Below the pieces are notes generated by a model, which saw nothing but the letters and a program-made list of their open reading frames with translations, was not told where the DNA came from and did not search any database. From an uncultured Solirubrobacterales bacterium (GTDB lineage Bacteria > Actinomycetota > Thermoleophilia > Solirubrobacterales > JBBDJG01), in the NCBI GenBank assembly GCA_963762195.1, contig CAVXJX010000012.1, forward strand, positions 127,044-191,043: a DNA stretch of 64,000 bases. The letters run 5' to 3'. A program made the translations under genes and the position numbers. This document shows, piece by piece, positions 31,647-40,193 of this stretch. Numbering within the stretch: position 1 is the stretch's first letter; each line of letters begins with the position of its first letter.

Positions 31647-32414
31647 TTAGCGGCCGCTTGGACTTGAAACTGGTGTCGTCGTGGACGGCGGAACCGCCTT
31701 CGCAGCAATCGCGGCGAGCACGATGCTGGCCTCGTAGAGCACGAGCAGCGGGGCCATCGAGATCAGCATCGTGATCGGGTCCGTGCCGGGGAGCAGCATC
31801 GCGACGATCGCGATTCCGATGACCGCATGCTTTCGTCCGCGGCGCAACTTGCGCGGCGTCGTCAACCCGATGCGCGTCGCTGCCAGCACACCTACCGGGA
31901 TCTGAAACAGGATCCCCAGCGCTCCGAGCGTCATCGCAACGAAGCCGTAGTACTCGCGAGCGCGGATCTGGGTGTTGAACTCGCTGTCGTTGAAGTTGAC
32001 GAGGAAGTCGAGCGCCGCCGGCAGGACAAACAGGTAGCTGAAGACGACGCCCGCGACGAAGAGCACCGGCACCATCGCCAGCAGCGGCACCGCGACTCGC
32101 CGCTGGCCGCGACTGAAGGCCGGCAGCAGGAAGGCGTATGCCTCATAGAGGACCACCGGCAGCGACAGCAGGATCGCGGCGTAGGCCGCAACCGTGATCG
32201 TCGTCATGAACGGCTCGGACACTCCCAGCGTGACGGGCGTGAAATCGCCCGGCAGCGGTGCGTTCAGGAGGTCGAGGATCAGGTGGTTCTGCCAGAAGCA
32301 GAGCCCCAGTGCCACGAGGAACGCCGCGACCGAGATGATCAAACGGCTGCGGAACTCGTCGAGGTGCTCGACCATGGTCAAGCGCTCCTCGTGGGCGATT
32401 GGTGCGCGGAGCAT
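31647..32414 (-). CDS. tatC: twin-arginine translocase subunit TatC
   Basis: Intact 255 aa: ...MVEHLDEFRSRLIISVAAFLV...EPFMTTITVAAYAAILLSLPVVLYEAYAFLLPA...FVLPAALDFL...PGTDPITML... Six-TMS TatC pattern. Confidence 0.9.
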   Translation of the reverse strand: MLRAPIAHEERLTMVEHLDEFRSRLIISVAAFLVALGLCFWQNHLILDLLNAPLPGDFTPVTLGVSEPFMTTITVAAYAAILLSLPVVLYEAYAFLLPAFSRGQRRVAVPLLAMVPVLFVAGVVFSYLFVLPAALDFLVNFNDSEFNTQIRAREYYGFVAMTLGALGILFQIPVGVLAATRIGLTTPRKLRRGRKHAVIGIAIVAMLLPGTDPITMLISMAPLLVLYEASIVLAAIAAKAVPPSTTTPVSSPSGR

Positions 32415-32425
32415 GCGTGGTTGCT

Positions 32426-32674
32426 CTACGAGCCGCTGCGCACTGCTTCACGCGGCGCTGCCGCGGGCACCGGGGATGTCGGCACCGGGGGTGCGACGAC
32501 AGCCGCGATCTGCACCTGGTCGTCGTCGTCTTCCTTGTCGCTGGTCAGCGAGTCCTTGAACTCGCGCATTCCCTTGCCGACAGAACGCCCCATCTCGGGG
32601 AGGCGCTTCGGGCCGAACACGAGCAGTGCGATAACGAGCACTACAACGATTTCGAGTGGTCCTATTCCTGGCAT
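32426..32674 (-). CDS. tatA: twin-arginine translocase subunit TatA/E
   Basis: 82 aa starting MPGIGPLEIVVVLVIALLVFGPKRLPEMGRSVGKGMREFKDSL, followed by an acidic/proline-rich tail. Confidence 0.88.
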   Translation of the reverse strand: MPGIGPLEIVVVLVIALLVFGPKRLPEMGRSVGKGMREFKDSLTSDKEDDDDQVQIAAVVAPPVPTSPVPAAAPREAVRSGS

Positions 32675-32714
32675 GCGATCACCGATCCGTTTCTCTTGTC
32701 ATGTGCGATGGAGG

Positions 32715-33344
32715 TCATGCCCTGATGAGCGGCTTGACCGCGCTCAGCACCTGCTTCATGCGAAGCGTCTTGTCGAACGCGTCCGGGGCGGGAGCCATGC
32801 CGGACTGCTGCCTGACGGCCGCGGCGTGCCGGGCTTCGATCTGCACGATGCTTCCGGCCGCACCGAGCACCTTCGCCGACTTGATCGCGGGGGCCGCGCC
32901 GTTGTAGGCGGACACTCCCGTGTCCTCGAGCGTGACCGCGAGCTTCAGAAAGCTCGCCTCGTCGCTGATCGGAAACGAGAAGCGCGGCGACTTGACGGGC
33001 GTGCCGCCGAGGTCCTTGATCGTGCCGATGAGGGCGTCGACGTGCGCCTGCTCGGCGTCACCGAACTGCTGCGCCATCTTCTTCAGCTCACCGCGCAAGC
33101 CGGCCCTCTTGAGCGCCTTGCCGTAGAAGTCGGCCTCGAGGTATTCGAGGGTGAGCGCGAAGTTGAGGATCTCGACGTCGCCGCCTTCCTGCGCGAACGC
33201 CTGGCCGACGAACGGCGCGACAGTGCTCGCTCCGTAAACTGCACCGGCCGCCAGCGCTCCTTTCAGGATGAACGAGCTGCGACTGATGCCGTCGATCTCC
33301 ACGGTGCCGAGCTCCGGGTCGCTGAGTCGTGATTCGTTGTTCAT
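32715..33344 (-). CDS. exported ferritin-like (di-iron ExxH x2) protein, paralog 2
   Basis: 209 aa with signal-like ...ISRSSFILKGALAAGAVYGASTVAPFVGQAFA. The core reads ILNFALTLEYLEADFY...AEQAHV...LEDTGVSAY...SIVQIEARHAA. Confidence 0.75.
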   Translation of the reverse strand: MNNESRLSDPELGTVEIDGISRSSFILKGALAAGAVYGASTVAPFVGQAFAQEGGDVEILNFALTLEYLEADFYGKALKRAGLRGELKKMAQQFGDAEQAHVDALIGTIKDLGGTPVKSPRFSFPISDEASFLKLAVTLEDTGVSAYNGAAPAIKSAKVLGAAGSIVQIEARHAAAVRQQSGMAPAPDAFDKTLRMKQVLSAVKPLIRA

Positions 33345-33372
33345 GAGTTGCTCCTTCCGGGCGATGGATCGC

Positions 33373-34071
33373 CTAGGCGGTGACGATGAAGGGCTTGACC
33401 TGCTTCAAGACCTCATCGGCGGTTGCGGGCAGGGCGAATGGACCGTCGGGTGAGACGTTCTTCTTGATCGCGGCATTCAGGGCCGCTGCGTGGCGTGCTT
33501 CGACTGAGTGGATCGAAAGCGCGGCGGCAAGGACTTCCTTGCTCTTGATGTTGGCCGCCTGGCCGAGGTATGCGGAGGCGCCCAGGTTCTCGACGGTCGC
33601 CGCCAGGTCGAGGATCGCCGCCTGGTTCTCGAGCGGGAACTTCGACTGCGGCTTCTTCGCCGGCGTGCCGCCGAGCTTCTTGACGGTCGCCTCGAGCGCG
33701 TCCACGTGCTCCTGCTCGTGTTCGCCGAAGGTCTTTGCGACCTCCAGGATGCTGCCCTTGAGCATGCCGCTGGCCGCAGCGTCGCGGTAGAAGTCGGCCT
33801 CGAGATACTCGAGCGTCAGCGCGTAGTTGAGGATTCCCAGATCTCCCTTTCCAAACTGGCTTGTGCCGGAGTCCGTGGGCTGCTTCTCAGACTGCGTGGC
33901 AGTTGTGTCCTTGTTGTCGTCCCCGCACGCCGCGAGGAAGATGCCGAACGCGCTGGCCGCGCCCGTGCCTCCGACCATTGCAAGGAAACGCTTGCGCGAA
34001 GAGGGGTCGCGAGCGAGTCTCTCCATCGCGACCGGCTGTTGTTCGCTGCGCTCCGTCGTTGGATCAGTCAT
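33373..34071 (-). CDS. exported ferritin-like (di-iron ExxH x2) lipoprotein, paralog 3
   Basis: RBS AAGGGAG plus ATG 34071. The signal reads ...SSRKRFLAMVGGTGAASAFGIFLAAC (lipobox). The core reads ILNYALTLEYLEADFY...HEQEHV...VENLGASAY...SIHSVEARHAA. Confidence 0.75.
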   Translation of the reverse strand: MTDPTTERSEQQPVAMERLARDPSSRKRFLAMVGGTGAASAFGIFLAACGDDNKDTTATQSEKQPTDSGTSQFGKGDLGILNYALTLEYLEADFYRDAAASGMLKGSILEVAKTFGEHEQEHVDALEATVKKLGGTPAKKPQSKFPLENQAAILDLAATVENLGASAYLGQAANIKSKEVLAAALSIHSVEARHAAALNAAIKKNVSPDGPFALPATADEVLKQVKPFIVTA

Positions 34072-34294
34072 TGCTGTCTCCCTTCTCGGCGGCCACCTGG
34101 TAACGGCGGCCGGGTCTGCTGCGAGGTGTTTGGACACATACGGATCGCAGCGATTGCGGATCACCGCAATGTCGGCCTGGGAGACAAATGTTTGGGTTTA
34201 ACGCCGTAGTTCCGCGAGTCCAGGGGCTGACCCTTGGAAGGTTTCGAGGGCCGAATCTGGGTATCCGGCGGGAAGTCGATTTTCAGGAGGGGTT

Positions 34295-35483
34295 ATGAAG
34301 GCAGTTGCGTGGCACGGAACCCATGACGTGCGGGTGGACACCGTTCCGGATCCTGCGATCGAGAGCCCGACCGACGCGATCGTGCGAATCACGTCCACGG
34401 GAATCTGCGGATCGGACCTACACCTCTACGAGGTTCTCGGGCCGTTCATCGACGCCGGCGACATCCTGGGACACGAGCCCATGGGGATCGTCGAGGAGAC
34501 AGGGTCGGAGGTCACGCACATCGCTCCCGGCGACCGTGTCGTCATCCCGTTCAACATCTCCTGCGGGCACTGCTACACCTGTGACAAGGGGCTGCAGTCG
34601 CAGTGTGAGACGACGCAGGTACGCCAGCAGGACACCGGTGCGGCGCTGCTCGGCTACACCAAGCTCTACGGGCAGGTTCCCGGCGGCCAGGCCGAGTACC
34701 TGCGGGTTCCGCAGGCACATTACGGCCCCATCAAAGTCCCGGAAGGCCCGCCCGATGACCGGTTCGTCTACCTGTCGGACGTCCTGCCCACGGCCTGGCA
34801 GGCGGTCGAGTACGCCGACGTCCCGGACGGCGAGACCGTCCTGGTGCTCGGCCTCGGGCCGATCGGGGAGATGTCGACCCGCGTCGCCCAGCATCGCGGC
34901 GCCGGACAGGTAATCGGCGTGGACCTCGTGCCCGAGCGCCTGGAGCGGGCCAGATTGCACGGCGTGGAGACGCTCGACATCGAGGCGCACGACGACCTCC
35001 CCGCAGTCGTGCGCGAGATGACCGGCGGCCGCGGACCGATCTCCGTCATCGACGCCGTCGGCATGGAGGCGCATGGGTCACCCATCGGCAAGTTCGCCCA
35101 CAGGATCGCCGGGATGCTGCCGGACGCCGTGGCCCGCAAGATGATCGAGACCGCCGGCATCGACCGCCTCGCGGCGCTGCACATGGCGATCGAGCTGGTT
35201 CAACGGGGCGGCAACGTCTCGCTGTCCGGCGTCTACGGCGGCGCGGCAAGTCCGATGCCGCTGCTCCAGATGTTCGACAAGCAGATCAACCTGCGCATGG
35301 GACAGGCCAACGTCAAGCGCTGGATCCCCGAGATCCTGCCGCTGCTGTCCGGTGACGAGGATCCCGCTCGGAGTCGACGGCTTCGCGACGCACCGGCTGC
35401 CTCTGGACGATGCTCCCCACGCTTACGAGATCTTCCAGAAGAAACAGGATGGGGCGTTCAAGGTCCTGCTCCAGCCCGCGTAG
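34295..35483 (+). pseudogene. zinc-dependent alcohol/formaldehyde dehydrogenase family (MDR), one 3'-proximal frame break
   Basis: RBS AGGAGG plus ATG 34295. Motifs: MKAVAWHG...TGICGSDLHLY...GHEPMGIVEE...CGHCYTCDKGLQSQC...LGLGPIGEM... Deleting the g at ~35366 restores ...LSGDEDPLGVDGFATHRLPLDDAPHAYEIFQKKQDGAFKVLLQPA* with the stop at 35481..35483. Confidence 0.85.
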
Positions 35484-35664
35484 CGAAAAGTTCATCGTCG
35501 ATCACAGCCCCTTAACGCCAGCGGCCGGCAACGGGTAGAGGATCCGGGACGCGATCGCTGATCATCGCCGTCTCGGCGTGACAGGGGATGATCGCCAGGC
35601 CGCAGCGGCCCGGCGTTCCACGGGGAGGCGCGCCGGGCCGCCCGCCTCACTCGGCTGCACTCGA

Positions 35665-36123
35665 TCACGCGCACTGGCTTTCCTTTCGCTCGATCGCGTT
35701 CACCTTGTCCAGCCGGCGCTGGTGTCGCTCCTCCCCGGTGAACGACGCGGCCGCGAACGCGCGCAGGATGTCGCCGGCCAGCGCAGGGCCGATGACGCGC
35801 GCTCCCAGGCACAGCACGTTGACGTCGTCGTGCTCGACGGCCTGGTGCGCCGTGTAGGTGTCGGTCACGGTGGCGGCGCGGATCCCAGCCATCTTGGTCG
35901 CCGCCACCGCGACACCCGCGCCCGAGCCGCACACGAGGACTCCGCGTTCGGCTGCACCGCCGCGCACGGCCTCGCCGACGTCGACGGCCACGTCTGGATA
36001 GTCGACCGGTTCGGCCGAATGGGTGCCGAGGTCGATCACCTCGTGGCCTTCGTCCCGCAGCACGTCGAGCACCGTTTCCTTCAGCGGGAAGCCGGCGTGG
36101 TCGAAGCCGCAGGCGATCTTCAT
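35665..36123 (-). CDS. rpiB: ribose-5-phosphate isomerase B
   Basis: Intact 152 aa: MKIACGFDHAGFPLKETVLDVLRDEGHEVIDLG...GVLVCGSGAGVAVAATKMAGIRAA...AVEHDDVNVLCLGARVIG... Confidence 0.9.
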   Translation of the reverse strand: MKIACGFDHAGFPLKETVLDVLRDEGHEVIDLGTHSAEPVDYPDVAVDVGEAVRGGAAERGVLVCGSGAGVAVAATKMAGIRAATVTDTYTAHQAVEHDDVNVLCLGARVIGPALAGDILRAFAAASFTGEERHQRRLDKVNAIERKESQCA

Positions 36124-36809
36124 TGCCTCGACCCACTCGGAAGCAGCGCAGCCGCGGCCGCGTCCGTCAAGACGGTCAGCGTCCCACTCGCCGGGGCAAC
36201 GAGGCTCGCAGGCGCGTTGCGATCGGGCTCACCCGCGAACGAGCGCGCCACGGCCTCGGCCTTGCCGGTGCCCGTCACCAGAAAGAGGACTGCCCGTGCC
36301 GCATTGATCACCGGCAGCGTGATGGTCACGCGCGGCACCAGCGGTTCCATGCCTGCGTGCTCCACCCCCACCACGGAGCGGCGGTGCTCGTCCAGTGCCG
36401 GATCGTTCGGGAACAGCGACGCGCAGTGGGCATCGGGGCCGAGCCCCAGCAGCACGAGGTCGAACCTCGTCACCTCCGCGGCGAGCGCGCGCTCGTACGC
36501 GTCGGCGCCCGGGTGCGGACCGCGCTCCCCTTCCATGCGCCGCACCGCAGGCTGCTCCCCGGGCAGGCGATCGAGCAACGCGGCGCGCACCATCCCGTAG
36601 TTGGAGAGCTCGTCGTCGGGCGGCACGCAGCGCTCGTCGCCGAACCACAACGTGCAACGGGTCCAGTCGACGTCCATGGTCGCCAGCAGCTCGTACGCCG
36701 CGCGCGGAGTGGAGCCACCCGTCAGCGCGATGTGCCCGCCGTCGCTGATTGCTGCCGCAAGGCGGTCAGCGGCCACCGCGGCGGGATCGTCCACCACGAG
36801 CCGGTTCAT
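36120..36809 (-). CDS. pgl: 6-phosphogluconolactonase
   Basis: ATG 36809 overlaps the opcA stop (ATGA). Reads MNRLVVDDPAAVAADRLAAAISDGGHIALTGGSTPRAAYELLA...WFGDERCVPPDD..SNY...FDLVLLGLGPDAHCASLFP... 229 aa. Confidence 0.85.
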   Translation of the reverse strand: MNRLVVDDPAAVAADRLAAAISDGGHIALTGGSTPRAAYELLATMDVDWTRCTLWFGDERCVPPDDELSNYGMVRAALLDRLPGEQPAVRRMEGERGPHPGADAYERALAAEVTRFDLVLLGLGPDAHCASLFPNDPALDEHRRSVVGVEHAGMEPLVPRVTITLPVINAARAVLFLVTGTGKAEAVARSFAGEPDRNAPASLVAPASGTLTVLTDAAAAALLPSGSRQ

Positions 36810-37750
36810 GACGGGAGCATCGCGCGAGCGGCGGCCACCGCGGGCCGGTAGGTCGGATCGCGCAGCAGCGCCTGCCGCACACCCTCGCCGAGGATGCCGC
36901 TCTCGCCACGCGAGGCTCCGAGCACCGTCCACGCCGACTCGCCCCGCGCGGGCGTTGTGCGGCGTGCCGCGAGCCCGCCGGGAGCGCGGTCGAGCGAGAT
37001 CGACATTCCCTCGCTCGTCTCGAGCGTCAATCCGGCAAGGCCGGGGACATCAAGCGCGGTGGCCGGCTCGAGCGTGATCTGCACATCGCCGCCCTTCGCA
37101 TGCGCATCGCCGGCCAGCACCCCATCGCCGTCACCGGCGAGCACCTCCGGCGTCCATCCCAGGCGCGAGGCAAGCCAGCCGACCAGCAGCAGGGCCGCCA
37201 CCGCCGAGTCCGCACCGTGGCGCACCCTGACCGCGCTGATGTGCCGGAGCTCCGCCCGCCACTCCGAAGGGTCGAACGTGAATGCGACCCGCTCACGCCA
37301 CGGCGTGCTGCGCAGCCACGCCAGGTCGACCACATACACGCGCTCGGCCAGCTCGCTCACGCGGGCAAGCGACGTGGCGATGTCGGGCTCCTCCGTCGAG
37401 TCGACCAGCACCACATCGGCGAGCCTGAGCAGCGCGTCGACCGCCTCGGGATAGCCGTGGGGCGCCCACACCACCGTCGAGAGGCCACTCACGAGCAACG
37501 GATCCACGATCGCGTCGAGATGTGCCAGCTGCTCGGGGGCGAGGTCGAGCGTGACGTGTTCCCGGTCGCTGTTCTCGCCGCGGGGCTGCTCGGACCCCAC
37601 GCTGCAGATGATGGTGAACGACGGGTGGTAACGACCCACCCGTGCGAGCCTGTCCTCCACCTCCGCTCGGCGGTCGCGGTCGACGACCGCGACCATGTTG
37701 AGCACTCGTGCCGATCCGCCGGCTTCCATCAGACTTCCATCAGAGGCCAC
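36806..37750 (-). CDS. opcA: glucose-6-phosphate dehydrogenase assembly protein OpcA (N-terminus short/uncertain)
   Basis: Reads ...GGSARVLNMVAVVDRDRRAEVEDRLARVGRYHPSFTIICS...STVVWAPHGYPEAVDALLRLADVVLVDS...DLAWLRSTPWRE... The candidate GTG 37750 overlaps the zwf 3' end by 11 nt; an alternative ATG is at 37729. The upstream part of the ORF to 37918 is shadow. Confidence 0.72.
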   Translation of the reverse strand: MASDGSLMEAGGSARVLNMVAVVDRDRRAEVEDRLARVGRYHPSFTIICSVGSEQPRGENSDREHVTLDLAPEQLAHLDAIVDPLLVSGLSTVVWAPHGYPEAVDALLRLADVVLVDSTEEPDIATSLARVSELAERVYVVDLAWLRSTPWRERVAFTFDPSEWRAELRHISAVRVRHGADSAVAALLLVGWLASRLGWTPEVLAGDGDGVLAGDAHAKGGDVQITLEPATALDVPGLAGLTLETSEGMSISLDRAPGGLAARRTTPARGESAWTVLGASRGESGILGEGVRQALLRDPTYRPAVAAARAMLPS

Positions 37751-39287
37751 GCCATTTCGCCGGCGCGTCCAGCAGCGCGTCCGCCTCGGATGGTCCCGCC
37801 GACCCGGCGGCATAGACAGGCAGCGGCCCGGGCGTGGCGGACCAGGCCTTGAGGATCGGGTCGCAGATCTCCCAGAACGCGCGCACCTCGTCCTCGCGCG
37901 TGAACAAGCTCGCGTCACCGCGCATCGCGTCGAGGATCAGGCGTTCATAGGCTTCGGGCGACTCCGACAGGAAGCTCGTTCCATAGCGGAACTCCATGTT
38001 CACCGGGCGGATGCGCATGCGCGGGCCGGGGATCTTCGCCCCCAGCGAGAGCGACACGCCTTCGTCGGGCTGGACCGTGAGCACGAGCTGGTTCGGCTGC
38101 ACGCCGACGGAGCCAGCCTGCTGGAAGGCCAGATGCGGCACCGGCTTGAGCGTCACGGCGATCTCGGTGACGCGGCGCGCGAGGCGCTTGCCCGTGCGCA
38201 GGTAGAAGGGCACGCCGGCCCAGCGCCAGTTGGAGACCTCCAGCCGCAGCGCGGCATAGGTCTCGGTGGTCGAAGTGCCGGGGACTCCGTCCTCCTCGAG
38301 GTAGCCGGGACATACTTCCCCACCCGACACGCCGGGACCGTACTGGGCGCGCACCGACATGCCGGGCACCTCCTCCTCGGCCGGCGCCCTGATCGCCTGG
38401 GCGACCTTCACCTTCTCGTCGCGCAGCTTGTCGGCGGTGAAGGCCGACGGCGGCTCCATGCAGAGCAGCGTCAGCAGCTGGAGCATGTGGTTCTGGACCA
38501 AGTCGCGCAGGGCGCCGGAACCGTCGTAGTACTCGGCCCGCGTCCCGATCCCGATGTCCTCGGCCGCGGTGATCTGGACGGAGTCGATGTAGTTGCGGTT
38601 CCAGACCGGCTCGAACATGGCGTTCGCAAACCTGAACGCCAGCAGGTTCTGCACCGTCTCCTTGCCGAGATAGTGGTCGATGCGGTAGACCTGCCGTTCG
38701 TCGAAGACACCGAGGACCGTGCGGTTCAGGGCGCGCGCGGAAGCGAGGTCGTAGCCGAACGGCTTCTCGATCACGACGCGCACCGCACAACCCTTCTTGC
38801 GGTGCAGGCGAGCAGCGCCCAGTGCCTTCACGATCACGGGAAAGAACTCAGGCGCGGTCGAGAGGTAGAAGACGCGGTTGAACTCCACCCCGGCGTCGCT
38901 GTCGAACTCTTCGACCGCGTGCGTGAGCCGTTCGTATCCGTCCGGGTCGTCGAACGAACCCGGGACGTAGCGCGCCTGGCGCAGCAGCGCGTCGAGCACC
39001 TGCGGGTCCGGGCGCCGGCGGGAGTAATGCTCGATGGACTCGCTCACCTTCTGCCGGAAGACGTCGTCCCCGAGGTCGCGCCGCGAGAAACCGATCAGGT
39101 TGAAACGCTCCGGCAGCGAGCCCTCGTGCGCGAGGTTGTAGATGGCGGGAAACAGCTTACGCAGAGCGAGGTCGCCGGTTGCACCGAAGATGACGAGGGT
39201 CGTGGGATGGACCGGCAGGCGCTCGAGACCCTCCACCAGCGGGTTCTCCTTTTGCCCGGTCCGGCGCTGCTCGGCGACGGTCGCCAC
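37740..39287 (-). CDS. zwf: glucose-6-phosphate 1-dehydrogenase
   Basis: Intact 515 aa: ...LVIFGATGDLALRKLFPAIYNL...RIDHYLGKETVQNLLAFRFAN...IQITAAEDIGIGTRAEYYD..GALRDLVQNHMLQLL... Confidence 0.93.
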   Translation of the reverse strand: MATVAEQRRTGQKENPLVEGLERLPVHPTTLVIFGATGDLALRKLFPAIYNLAHEGSLPERFNLIGFSRRDLGDDVFRQKVSESIEHYSRRRPDPQVLDALLRQARYVPGSFDDPDGYERLTHAVEEFDSDAGVEFNRVFYLSTAPEFFPVIVKALGAARLHRKKGCAVRVVIEKPFGYDLASARALNRTVLGVFDERQVYRIDHYLGKETVQNLLAFRFANAMFEPVWNRNYIDSVQITAAEDIGIGTRAEYYDGSGALRDLVQNHMLQLLTLLCMEPPSAFTADKLRDEKVKVAQAIRAPAEEEVPGMSVRAQYGPGVSGGEVCPGYLEEDGVPGTSTTETYAALRLEVSNWRWAGVPFYLRTGKRLARRVTEIAVTLKPVPHLAFQQAGSVGVQPNQLVLTVQPDEGVSLSLGAKIPGPRMRIRPVNMEFRYGTSFLSESPEAYERLILDAMRGDASLFTREDEVRAFWEICDPILKAWSATPGPLPVYAAGSAGPSEADALLDAPAKWRGL

Positions 39288-40193
39288 TTATTCCGCTTTC
39301 TTGACCGCGTGGCCGCCGAACTGGTTCCGCAGCGCTGCGAGGACCTTCGCTCCGTACGACTCGTCCTGCCGCGACGCGAACCGTGCCATCAGCGACAGCG
39401 TGATCACCGGCGCCGGGACCGACTTGTCGATCGCGTCGAACACCGTCCAGCGGCCTTCACCGGAGTCGTCCACGTAGCCGCGCAACCCGGCGAGGTCGTT
39501 GCCCTCCTCCTCGAACGCGCGCTCCGCGAGCTCGCACAGCCACGACCGCACGACCGACCCCTGGTTCCACAGGTGGGCGATCGACTGCAAGTCGAGGTCA
39601 TAGTCGGATGCGTGCATCAGCTCGAAGCCCTCGGCGTAGGCCTGCATGAGCCCGTACTCCACCCCGTTGTGCACCATCTTCACGTAGTGGCCTGCGCCGC
39701 TTGCGCCCATGTGCCCCCAGCCGTCCGTCGGCGCGAGCGCGTCGAGCACCGGGGCCAGGCGTGCAATCGCGTCGTCGCTGCCGCCGACCATCATGCAGTA
39801 GCCGACCTCCAGGCCCCAGACGCCGCCACTGGTGCCCACGTCCACGAACTCGATCCCGCGCTCGCCCGCCAGCGCCGCCCGCTCCTTCGAGTCGGTCCAC
39901 TTCGAGTTGCCGCCGTCGACGATCAAGTCACCCTTGTCGAGCAGCTCGAGCAGCGCCTCGAACGTCTGCTGTGTCGGCTCCCCCGCGGGGATCATCATCC
40001 ACACGTGCCGTGGAGGCTTCAGCTTCGCCACCACGTCCGCAAGTGACTCCGCCGCCGCGGCGCCGTGCCCCGCGGCCTCCTGCACCGCCGCATCTGCCGG
40101 GTCCCACGCCACGACCTCGTGATCGGAGTCGCGCAGGATCCGGTGCACCATGTTCCCCCCCATGCGCCCCAGTCCGATGAAGCCGACCTGCAT
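39288..40193 (-). CDS. gnd: 6-phosphogluconate dehydrogenase, short decarboxylating (YqeC/Gnd-like ~300 aa) form
   Basis: ATG 40193 overlaps the tkt stop (TGATG). Reads [20 protein letters not shown]...DGGNSKWTDS...FVDVGTSGGVWGLEVGYCMMVGG...GAGHYVKMVHNGVEYGLMQAYAEG... Only the last 301 codons of the 962-aa ORF are real. Confidence 0.88.
   Translation of the reverse strand: MQVGFIGLGRMGGNMVHRILRDSDHEVVAWDPADAAVQEAAGHGAAAAESLADVVAKLKPPRHVWMMIPAGEPTQQTFEALLELLDKGDLIVDGGNSKWTDSKERAALAGERGIEFVDVGTSGGVWGLEVGYCMMVGGSDDAIARLAPVLDALAPTDGWGHMGASGAGHYVKMVHNGVEYGLMQAYAEGFELMHASDYDLDLQSIAHLWNQGSVVRSWLCELAERAFEEEGNDLAGLRGYVDDSGEGRWTVFDAIDKSVPAPVITLSLMARFASRQDESYGAKVLAALRNQFGGHAVKKAE

Noticed and set aside
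37695-40046. Very long ORFs antisense to or out of frame with real genes. Examples: 37695..40046 (+, 783 aa), 21414..23396 (+, 660 aa), 45898..48306 (-, 802 aa), 59357..61165 (-, 602 aa), 12328..14058 (-, 576 aa), 40259..42433 (+, 724 aa).
   Set aside because: Their translations are Arg/Ala/Gly/Pro-rich low-complexity strings with no family motifs. Each lies exactly opposite or offset to a gene with strong family signal (zwf/gnd, acnA, fdhA, MMPL, DUF255, tkt). Stop-codon-poor shadow frames like these are expected at ~70% GC.
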